Shown piece after piece: positions 31,026 to 39,800 of a DNA stretch of 64,000 nucleotides. The stretch is from Bacteroidales bacterium (lineage in GTDB: Bacteria; Bacteroidota; Bacteroidia; Bacteroidales; WCHB1-69). The stretch's first letter is position 1. Each line of letters opens with the position of its first letter. The stretch covers positions 156,916-220,915 of the forward strand of contig JAKSMB010000001.1 of assembly GCA_024400875.1 (NCBI GenBank), written 5' to 3'. The notes under the pieces are model-generated. The model made no database searches. It was not told where the DNA came from and saw only the letters and a list, made by a program, of their open reading frames with translations. A program made the translations under genes and the position numbers.

Positions 31026-31058
31026 AGCTCCGATGTCGTATCGGGGCTTTTTGTTTTT
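31026..31058 (+). terminator. Rho-independent terminator of mrp
   Basis: agctccgat-gtcgt-atcggggct (one G-U pair, valid on the + strand) followed by TTTTTGTTTTTT. Confidence 0.7.
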
Positions 31059-31060
31059 TG

Positions 31061-31226
31061 CTTTTCCAGAAATTAGCAGAAATTATATTCAGAAATTATC
31101 CTATGCGTTGCGTGCGAAGAGCGTAAATGCGGCGTGAATTTGCAGTTGCGGGGGGTGCAATCCGTTAGGATTGCGCACTCTGTAGCGGTAATGGCGACCC
31201 GTGCTGCCAACAAGTATATCATTGCC
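31061..31226 (+). repeat. Dispersed ~165-bp repeat family, copy B
   Basis: About 95% identical by eye to the reverse complement of 43467-43630. The 5' part has 3 direct CAGAAATTA repeats. The GC-rich 3' part contains the hairpin gtgcaatcc-gtta-ggattgcgc. Confidence 0.85.
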
Positions 31227-31354
31227 AATTTTTTTCATAATTTTTTAGGTTTTAAAAGATGGAGGCAAAAATAAAAGAAGATATATTTGATAATTATGTT
31301 GTAAAAAAGATACAGGAGAGGAAACAAGAAATTTGGAAATCTGTGCTTTTTGAG

Positions 31355-31362
31355 TATCTTTG
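31355..31362 (+). promoter_or_regulatory. -7 promoter box TATCTTTG (thyA)
   Basis: Matches TAnnTTTG 23 nt upstream of the thyA ATG. Confidence 0.55.
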
Positions 31363-31384
31363 CGCTCGAATAAAAATTTGATAG

Positions 31385-32179
31385 ATGAAGCAATATCTAA
31401 ACCTTTTGAATACCATTTTGGAAAATGGTTCTTTTAAGTCGGACCGCACTGGTACAGGAACTTATAGCATTTTTGGACATCAAATGCGCTTTGATTTGTC
31501 CGAAGGTTTTCCGTTGCTCACTACCAAAAAGCTGCACCTTCGCTCCATTATCCACGAGTTGTTGTGGTTTTTGCAGGGTGATACCAACATCAAGTACTTG
31601 AAAGACAATGGCGTTTCCATTTGGGACGAATGGGCCGACGAGAATGGCGAGCTCGGTCCCGTGTATGGCAAACAATGGCGCTCTTGGGCTACCCCCAATG
31701 GACAAACTGTTGACCAAATCAGCAACCTTATCGACCAAATCAAGCGCACGCCCGACTCCCGCCGACTGATTGTCAGTGCCTGGAACGTGGCCGATGTGGA
31801 CAATATGGCGCTGCCTCCTTGCCATACGATGTTCCAGTTCTATGTCAACAATGGCGAGATCTCCTGCCAACTCTATCAGCGCAGTGCCGATGTCTTCTTG
31901 GGCGTGCCATTCAACATCGCCTCTTACGCCCTCCTTTTGATGATGGTGGCACAAGTGTGCGATCTTAAACCGAAGGAGTTTATCCACACCTTCGGCGATG
32001 CCCACATCTACTCCAACCACGTGGAACAAGCTAAGTTGCAACTCTCCCGCGAACCACGGAAACTTCCTGTTATGCGTATCAATCCAGAGGTGAAGGACAT
32101 CTTCGGCTTTAAATATGAAGACTTTACCCTCGAAAATTACGATCCACATCCCCATATCAAGGCGGAAGTGGCTGTATAA
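31385..32179 (+). CDS. thyA: Thymidylate synthase
   Basis: MKQYL.LL..IL..G....DRTGTGT.S.FG.QMRFDL, active site ALPPCH, 264 aa. Confidence 0.97.
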   Translation: MKQYLNLLNTILENGSFKSDRTGTGTYSIFGHQMRFDLSEGFPLLTTKKLHLRSIIHELLWFLQGDTNIKYLKDNGVSIWDEWADENGELGPVYGKQWRSWATPNGQTVDQISNLIDQIKRTPDSRRLIVSAWNVADVDNMALPPCHTMFQFYVNNGEISCQLYQRSADVFLGVPFNIASYALLLMMVAQVCDLKPKEFIHTFGDAHIYSNHVEQAKLQLSREPRKLPVMRINPEVKDIFGFKYEDFTLENYDPHPHIKAEVAV

Positions 32180-32211
32180 TCATTTTGAAAAATTAACCTA
32201 AATTATTAAAT

Positions 32212-33405
32212 ATGAAATCAATAGACCAACAAAATTTTAATGGAAAGAAAGTTCTCATCCGTGTGGACTATAACGTTCCATTGGATGATAATTTTAATGT
32301 AACTGATGCGACCCGCATCATCCGTACCAAAGAAACCATCGCCAAGATTTTGGGCGATGGCGGCGTTGCCGTCTTGATGTCACACCTAGGCCGTCCAAAG
32401 GGTGAGGTGAACGACAAGTACTCTTTGCGCCATATCGTTAGCAAGGTTTCTGAAGTGTTGGGTCAGGATGTGGTATTCGCTGGCGACGTGCTGAGCGAAG
32501 ACACTGCCAAGACCATCGCTGGCTTGCAACCGGGTTCTATCGCGTTGTTGGAAAACTTGCGTTTCCACGCTGAAGAGGAAAAGGGCGACGTGGATTTTGC
32601 TAAGGCTATCGCTCGATTGGGCGACGTTTACGTAAACGATGCCTTCGGTACCGCTCACCGCGAACACGCTTCTACCGCCACCATCGCACGCTGCTTCCCA
32701 GGCAATGCCTTCGCTGGCTACCTTTTGTATAACGAAGTTCAAAGCTTGGAAAAGGTGCTGAATGGTCAAAACCGCCCATTCACCGCCATCATCGGTGGCT
32801 CTAAGGTTTCTACCAAAATCAATATCCTGAACAATTTGCTGCCAAAGGTTGACAACTTGGTTGTGGGTGGCGGTTTGAGCTACACCTTCTTGGCTGCTAT
32901 GGGCCTCAAGATTGGCAACTCCCTGTTTGAACCAGACATGATTCCTGTTGCACAAGAGATCTTGAGGAAAGTGGACGCTACCGGCACCAATTTCTATTGC
33001 CGTGTGGATAGCATCTGCGCCGACAAGTTCAGCAACGATGCCAACGTGCTGATCCCTGTTGACAATAACATCCCAGATGGTTGGGAAGGCCTGGACATCG
33101 GTCCAAAAACCCGTCGCAACATCGCTCAGGTCATTAAGAACTCCGCTACCATCCTTTGGAATGGTCCGGTGGGCGTTTTCGAAATGGAGAAGTTCAGCAG
33201 AGGTACAAAGGCTGTGGCTGTAAGCGTTGCTGCTGCTACGATTGCCGGCGCCTATTCCGTAATTGGTGGTGGCGACTCTATTGCTGCTATCAACAAGTAC
33301 GACCTCGCCGACGAGATCTCTTACATCAGCACCGGCGGTGGCGCTATGCTCGAATACCTTGAAGGTATTGAGTTGCCAGGCGTTAAGGCTTTGAACGAAA
33401 ATTAA
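32212..33405 (+). CDS. pgk: Phosphoglycerate kinase
   Basis: (V)LIRVDYNVP, SHLGRPKG, FGTAHR, GGGDS and STGGGA(M)LE motifs. Confidence 0.97.
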   Translation: MKSIDQQNFNGKKVLIRVDYNVPLDDNFNVTDATRIIRTKETIAKILGDGGVAVLMSHLGRPKGEVNDKYSLRHIVSKVSEVLGQDVVFAGDVLSEDTAKTIAGLQPGSIALLENLRFHAEEEKGDVDFAKAIARLGDVYVNDAFGTAHREHASTATIARCFPGNAFAGYLLYNEVQSLEKVLNGQNRPFTAIIGGSKVSTKINILNNLLPKVDNLVVGGGLSYTFLAAMGLKIGNSLFEPDMIPVAQEILRKVDATGTNFYCRVDSICADKFSNDANVLIPVDNNIPDGWEGLDIGPKTRRNIAQVIKNSATILWNGPVGVFEMEKFSRGTKAVAVSVAAATIAGAYSVIGGGDSIAAINKYDLADEISYISTGGGAMLEYLEGIELPGVKALNEN

Positions 33406-33438
33406 TAGTTAGTAATCCAAAAATCGTAACTCGATAGT

Positions 33439-34533
33439 ATGATTAATCCAAATTATTATTGTGTCATTATGGCTGGTGGCATCGGCGCACGTTTTTGGCC
33501 GATGAGCAACAGCACAACACCAAAGCAGTTTCTGGATATTCTTGGAGAAGGTAGAACCCTGATCCAGAAGACCTTCGACCGCTTCACACGCGTGTGTCCA
33601 AAGGAGAACATCTACGTTGTTACCAGCAAAAACTATAGAGATATCACCAAGGCTCAGCTGCCAGACCTTGCCGACGAACAGATCATCCTTGAACCTTATC
33701 GTCGCAATACGGCACCCTGTATTGCATACGCCAATCATAAAATAAAAACCAAGAATCCGAATGCTACGGTGGTGGTGGCTCCTTCCGACCACGTTATCCT
33801 GAAAGAAGATGTCTTTATCGACGTTATTGAAAAGGGTATGGCGTCGGTGTCTGAAAACGATTGGCTGCTCACCATTGGCATCCGTCCGTCGTTCCCGAAC
33901 ACGGGATACGGCTATATCCAGTACGATGAAGATCGTGTTTATGCCCAAAACAATTCTATTTATGCGGTGAAGACCTTTACCGAAAAACCGGAGTTGGAGA
34001 TGGCAAAAAGTTTTGTGGAAAGTGGCGAGTTTTTGTGGAATGCTGGTATCTTTATGTGGTCTTTGCCAACTATTCAAGATGCTTATATGCAGCATATTCC
34101 AGAAGTGGAGATGCTTTTCCAACAAGGTGATGGTCTTTATAATACGCCTGAAGAGACGGAATTTGTAGATAAAATCTATCAGGTCTGCAAGAATATTTCC
34201 GTGGACTATGCCGTGATGGAAAAGGCACAAAACGTGAAGGTTTATGCTGCTGAGTTCGGATGGTCGGATTTAGGTACTTGGGGTTCTCTCTATGAACTTC
34301 GTAAGAAAGATGACAACCGCAATGTGATTACTGGAAACCACGTAAAAACCTATGATACAAATAAATGTATTATCAATGTGCCAAAGAACAAGGTGGTAGT
34401 GGTGCAAGGTCTTGAAGACTATATCGTGGTTGAAAACAACGACGTGTTGCTGATTTGCCCGAAGTCGGAAGAACAACAAATCCGACAATTTGTAACAGAC
34501 GTTCAAGTTGACTTTGGCAACAAGTACGTATAG
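33439..34533 (+). CDS. Mannose-1-phosphate guanylyltransferase (nucleotidyltransferase family)
   Basis: N-terminal VIMAGGIGARFWPMS signature. 364 aa. Confidence 0.85.
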   Translation: MINPNYYCVIMAGGIGARFWPMSNSTTPKQFLDILGEGRTLIQKTFDRFTRVCPKENIYVVTSKNYRDITKAQLPDLADEQIILEPYRRNTAPCIAYANHKIKTKNPNATVVVAPSDHVILKEDVFIDVIEKGMASVSENDWLLTIGIRPSFPNTGYGYIQYDEDRVYAQNNSIYAVKTFTEKPELEMAKSFVESGEFLWNAGIFMWSLPTIQDAYMQHIPEVEMLFQQGDGLYNTPEETEFVDKIYQVCKNISVDYAVMEKAQNVKVYAAEFGWSDLGTWGSLYELRKKDDNRNVITGNHVKTYDTNKCIINVPKNKVVVVQGLEDYIVVENNDVLLICPKSEEQQIRQFVTDVQVDFGNKYV

Positions 34534-34563
34534 TCCATTTTGAATCACATTCAACAACATATT

Positions 34564-36600
34564 ATGAAAGGAATTAGGCTGATATTTGTCGGCCTAATTC
34601 TCTTTTTGTTTGTGCAAAAAGGGTTGGCGCAGCAAGACAGCAGTAAGGTACAACGCCTGGATGAGGTTGAGATTGGAGGCGGATATTATAAAACAGAACG
34701 TAGTACGGCTGCCATCCAGATGCTGACAGCCAAGCAGATAGAGAATCTTCCAACGCTGCAACTGTCGGATGCGCTGAAGTATATGTCGGGTGTGGTGGTG
34801 AAAGACTACGGTGGCACGGGCGGTATGAAGACCATCTCCGTGCGCGGACTTGGTGCACAACATACTGGCGTGGCCTACGATGGCATTGCCCTCACCGACT
34901 GCCAAACGGGACAGATCGACTTAGGCCGCATATCGCTCGACAATGTGCAAAACATCAGTCTGATTACCGGTCTTGATGAGTCGATTTTCAAGCCTGCCCG
35001 TCTTTTTTCTTATAGCAACTTGTTAAATATCCGCACGATGCCAACAATGCCATCGAAGGCGATAACCGCCAAGGTATCGTTCACGGCGGGTAGTTTTCTG
35101 TTGTTGGCACCGCAACTCTTTTTTGAACATTATGTTCGTAGTTCGAAAAAAGAAGCCCGCTATCTCATCTGGAATCTCTCGGCGGGAAACACCTCCTCCA
35201 AGGGCGACTATCCCTACCTTCTGTACTATGGCGGCGTACAGGATAGCGTTTCCTGGGAACGTCGTCAGAACTCTGACATCCTGGCTTTTACCACAGAAGC
35301 GAACCTGACCGTTGGGCTCGACAATCACCAGTTCCTGTCAGCCAAGGGGTATTTCTACAACTCTGACCGCGGACTGCCCTCCGCCACGGTGTTCTACAAT
35401 TTGAATGCCTCGCAGCGACTCTCCAACCGCAATGGGTTTGGACAAATCCGCTACACCAACTATTTTACGCCACGTTGGTATTACAGCGTGGGTGCGAAGT
35501 TCAACTATGACTATACGCATTATATCGACCCTGATTATCTGAACGATATCGGTTATCTTGATAATGAATACCAGCAGTATGAGGGCTATCTAACACAAAC
35601 GTTGGGTTATAAGATTTTAGAGTTAAAAAATGAAAAAAAAGTAAATCTTTCGGCAGCTCTTTCCAACGATATCATCTACAACCAGCTCCAAGCAAATACA
35701 ATGGAGTATGTTGATCCAGAGCGATATACAACCCTTACATCCTTAAGTGTGAAGTGCGATAACAAGCAATTTGTTCTGGTAGGAAATCTGTTGTTAACAA
35801 CCGTTAATAATCGCTCGCAGGGCGAACGGTTGGGAAAAGATTACTTGCATTTATCGCCGGCACTGAGTGCTTCCACCCTTTTTGGTAAGTCGGTGACACT
35901 TAGGGCATTTTACAAAAACATTTTTCGTATGCCAACCTTCAACGACCTTTATTATCGGGAGGTAGGCAACTTGGATTTGGAGCCGGAGAAGACCCACCAG
36001 TGGGACTTGGGTGCTGTGTTGGAGCCACAACGATTTGCGGCTGGAAAGATGGTGGTTTCCGCCTCGCTGGATGGCTATTTCAACATTGTGAAAGACAAGA
36101 TTGTGGCGTTCCCCTCGCGCAATCTCTTCTCTTGGACGATGATCAACTATGGTAAAGTGTGGGTGGCGGGTGCCGAGATGAACGCCAACTATGAGTATCA
36201 GTTTGTGAAACGCTACTTCCTGCGCCTGAATGGCAATGTAACTTACCAGAAGGCTGTTGACCGTACGGATGCCACGGGCAAGACCTTCAATCATCAGATC
36301 CCCTACACACCTGTGTGGTCGGGGTCGGCGAGCGCCAGCCTGCAGTTGCCGTGGGTGTCCCTCTCGTACGCGCTCATCGTGTGTGGCGACCGTTATGCCC
36401 TCGGACAGAATATCCCCGCGAACTTGGTGGAGGGTTATGTGGATCATAGCGTAACCATTGGGCATCTTTTCGATGTTAAAAAATGCAAATTAGGATTTAA
36501 GGGCGAACTGCTCAACCTCGCCAATAAAAATTACGAAATCATCCGCAACTATCCGATGCAGGGCTTCGGTTGGCGTCTGAAAATGTGGGTGGAGTTTTAG
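34564..36600 (+). CDS. TonB-dependent outer-membrane receptor
   Basis: Start MKGIRLIFVGL (signal peptide). Plug-domain motifs: LDEVEI, SDALKYMSGV, ISVRGLG. The long beta-barrel ends in an aromatic residue (..MWVEF). Confidence 0.85.
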   Translation: MKGIRLIFVGLILFLFVQKGLAQQDSSKVQRLDEVEIGGGYYKTERSTAAIQMLTAKQIENLPTLQLSDALKYMSGVVVKDYGGTGGMKTISVRGLGAQHTGVAYDGIALTDCQTGQIDLGRISLDNVQNISLITGLDESIFKPARLFSYSNLLNIRTMPTMPSKAITAKVSFTAGSFLLLAPQLFFEHYVRSSKKEARYLIWNLSAGNTSSKGDYPYLLYYGGVQDSVSWERRQNSDILAFTTEANLTVGLDNHQFLSAKGYFYNSDRGLPSATVFYNLNASQRLSNRNGFGQIRYTNYFTPRWYYSVGAKFNYDYTHYIDPDYLNDIGYLDNEYQQYEGYLTQTLGYKILELKNEKKVNLSAALSNDIIYNQLQANTMEYVDPERYTTLTSLSVKCDNKQFVLVGNLLLTTVNNRSQGERLGKDYLHLSPALSASTLFGKSVTLRAFYKNIFRMPTFNDLYYREVGNLDLEPEKTHQWDLGAVLEPQRFAAGKMVVSASLDGYFNIVKDKIVAFPSRNLFSWTMINYGKVWVAGAEMNANYEYQFVKRYFLRLNGNVTYQKAVDRTDATGKTFNHQIPYTPVWSGSASASLQLPWVSLSYALIVCGDRYALGQNIPANLVEGYVDHSVTIGHLFDVKKCKLGFKGELLNLANKNYEIIRNYPMQGFGWRLKMWVEF

Positions 36601-36774
36601 AGATTATCAAATAGCAATTCCTATATTTTCGTTTTTTATTGATTTTAGGCAATATTATGTTTTGCGCTATGGGCATTAATAAGGTCGTTTTTAGTAAGCG
36701 AACATTTATAAGTGTTTGATATAGAAAGAGATGTTTTTTTTTTTTAAGTAACTGATATAAATATAAAAAAAATA

Positions 36775-36782
36775 TATCTTTG
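36775..36782 (+). promoter_or_regulatory. -7 promoter box TATCTTTG
   Basis: About 68 nt upstream of the ATG at 36850. A T12 tract (36734-36745) lies further upstream. Confidence 0.5.
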
Positions 36783-36849
36783 CACTATTCGTATAGTTAA
36801 CGTTCTTTCACGAAGACTTTATTTCTTGGCAAATTTAAAATGTTTATAT

Positions 36850-39800
36850 ATGAAAAAAACAATACTTATTCTTTTAACGGTAGTATTATTGTTCCCACTT
36901 TATGCGCAAACGGGAGCTTTAGGATCTAATACAGGATATTATGTTAACGATAATTTCGTATCATGGAAAGTTGATTCCACATCTATAATTCTCTTATCAG
37001 ACGATAGTTATATTGATTCTTGTGTACTTTCATTGTCAGAAATTTTTAATCAGGAAAATGAATCTATAGTTTTTAGTGATGAAGATAATTCCATAGTTAT
37101 AAATAGCAGAAGGCTTTTGGAACTTAATGTGGATAGTTTATTTAGAACGTTACCTAATAGTATATTTAGCAAAATAACATTTTGGGATTATGCCAAGATA
37201 ATTAATGGCGAACATATCTGGTTACGAAATGAGGTTGTGGCCAAAATGAAAAACACAAATAGTTGGTCACGCATTCAAAACACTTTAAGTAATTTCGTAT
37301 ACGACACCTGTTATAAAGAGGATGATTTGTACGTTCACGTATTATGCACTAACCCAACTGAGTTGGTTCGAATTGCAAACACATTATATGAATCAGGCTT
37401 AGTTGAATTTTCTGAACCGGATTTTTACGCAGAATATTCCCAACACTACAATGATCCTCTCTTTTCTCAGCAATACTATTTGAACAATACTGGACAATCC
37501 ATTATATCTGAAAATGGTCATTCTTCTGATATTACTTCCAACATAGATATACAGGCACCCGAAGCATGGAATTTTATTTCCTTTGTATCTGCTATAGACA
37601 CTCCTAAAGTAGGTATCGTTGATGATGGTGTAGAAGATCACGAGGATTTAAAGTTTGGAAATATAAGCAAAGTGCTTTATGGATTTCCTATGAGCAACCA
37701 TGGACGTCCTCAAACATTGATGGCTCATGGAGAATGTGTGGCTGGTATTGTGGCTGCAACCCAAAATAATGGGAAAGGAATCTCAGGTGTAGCGCCGAAC
37801 AGTTGGATTATCCCAATAAGAAATCAGAAAATATCCTATAGAAATGGGTATAATTACCCTTTGATTCTTTATATGAATAATTCTCGAATTGCAAGGGGAA
37901 TTCGTGAAGCATGGAAAGATTATGATGTTGATATATTGAATTTTTCATGGGGAAGCCTCCATGAAATTTCAAACCAAATCACGGATGCTATTCAGACTGC
38001 ATTGAGAGAAGGAAGAGACGGGAAAGGTTGTGTTGTTGTGGCATCAAGTGGAAACGAAAGAAAAACGGACAATATCAATCACATTGCTAAAATACCCGGA
38101 GTTATCGGCGTTGGGGGGCTTATGGGCAATGGTCGAAGAGGCGAATATTCCAATTGTAGTTCAGAACTAAGTTTAATGGCTTTCGGAGGACAAGTCGTAG
38201 AACAAGACGAGAGGGGCAACTATTGTGACATACGAACAATTGACCGAGAAGGTAATAATGGATATAACACAGGTAATTATTGCACTTATTTTGGAATGAC
38301 TTCTGCCGCAGCACCTATGGTATCGGGCGTGGCATCGCTTATGCTCTCTGTGAATCCGGAACTGACAAGCACTCAGGTCAAAAATATCATGGAGAATACT
38401 GCGAAAGAGTGGGAAGACTATAACTTTTCAACAACATCCGCCCATCCCAATGGTTCATGGAATGCGGAAGTGGGTTATGGTCTCGTGGATGCACATAAGG
38501 CAGTAGTACACGCCTATGAGTATGGCTATGATATGAAGATTGTGGGTTCAGATGAGTTGGCAGACTGCGACAACCGGGAATATACCTGTGACATTCTTCG
38601 TCCTGAGCTGTTTACATACGAGTGGAATTGTTCTAACAACCTTGTAAAAGTGTCAGAAGATGGTGCAACCGCACATTTCATGCCACTTGCCGTAGGTGTG
38701 GGAATGGTAACGGTTAACGTTAAGCAACAAGACGAAATCATGTTTTCGTTGAACAAGGAAGTAACCATATCTTCAATATCAGTTAATATTTCGCCTGTTG
38801 CAACAGCTGATTTCAGTGTGACGTCAGACGCCACATGGTCAGCATCTACATATCTTCCTGTGGAGGTGACTGTAGAGAGTGGCAGTACGCTTACCATAAC
38901 GGGCACGTTGCATTGTGCACCCACCGCGCGCATCATCGTACGTCCGGGTGCGCGACTCGTCGTGGACGGGGGCACGCTTACCGGCGCCTGCGACAACGAC
39001 CTCTGGGAGGGCATCTTCGTGGAGGGTAACCCTTCCCAGCACCAGAGTGCCAACTACCAGGGAGTGGTGGAACTGCGCAACGGCGCCACCATCGAGAATG
39101 CCCGCTGTGCCATCCGCACGGCACTGCCGGGTGATACCATCGCCACCACCGGCGGCATCATCCTGGCCACCGACGCCATCTTCCGCAACAACGCCCGCGC
39201 CGTGGAATTCCTTCCGTACGCCGACCATGTGTCCGCCACCGCCGTCCGCGCCAACTACAGCCACTTCAGCAACTGTACGTTCACCGTGGACAACGACAAC
39301 CATTTTTCAGCAGCAGGAGCCGACTTCAATGCCCACGTGCGCCTTGCCGGCGTAAAGGACGTTAGGTTCACGGGTTGTAGCTTCGGCAACACTGCAACCA
39401 ATGGCACAAACCGTGGCCGTGCCATCTTCTCACAGAACGCCGGCTTCGTCGTCGGCACGCAATGCGGTGCACCAAGCAATATGAGCACCTCCTGCGAGTG
39501 TCCGGAGACGTATGCCACGCGCAGCACGTTCAGCGGCTTTGCTACCGCCATCGAGGCGGGCACATCGGGCAACCAGTATGCCGTAACCGTCAACGAGGCC
39601 CAGTTTGCCACGAACGGTACGGCCATTGCCATCAACGGCAGCAGCCACGCCACCATTACCCGTTGCGACTTCGACCTTACCTACATACCGGTACAGAGCA
39701 TGCGGATGAATGCGGGTCTCTACCTGAACGCCTGCACGGGCTACAAGGTGGAACAGAACGACTTCCATAAGAACTACAACCCACTGTTGGGCAACAATAC

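Noticed and set aside
31259-31381. A 40-aa ORF (MEAKIKEDIFDNYVVKKIQERKQEIWKSVLFEYLCARIKI*) just upstream of thyA.
   Set aside because: It overlaps the predicted thyA -7 box. It has no recognisable family and is short enough to be a chance AT-rich ORF.
36734-36745. The T12 tract upstream of the S8 protease promoter, considered as a phase-variation switch.
   Set aside because: It lies about 30 nt upstream of the -7 box, outside the -33/-7 spacer, so length changes would not alter element spacing. A/T tracts upstream of promoters are common in this window.
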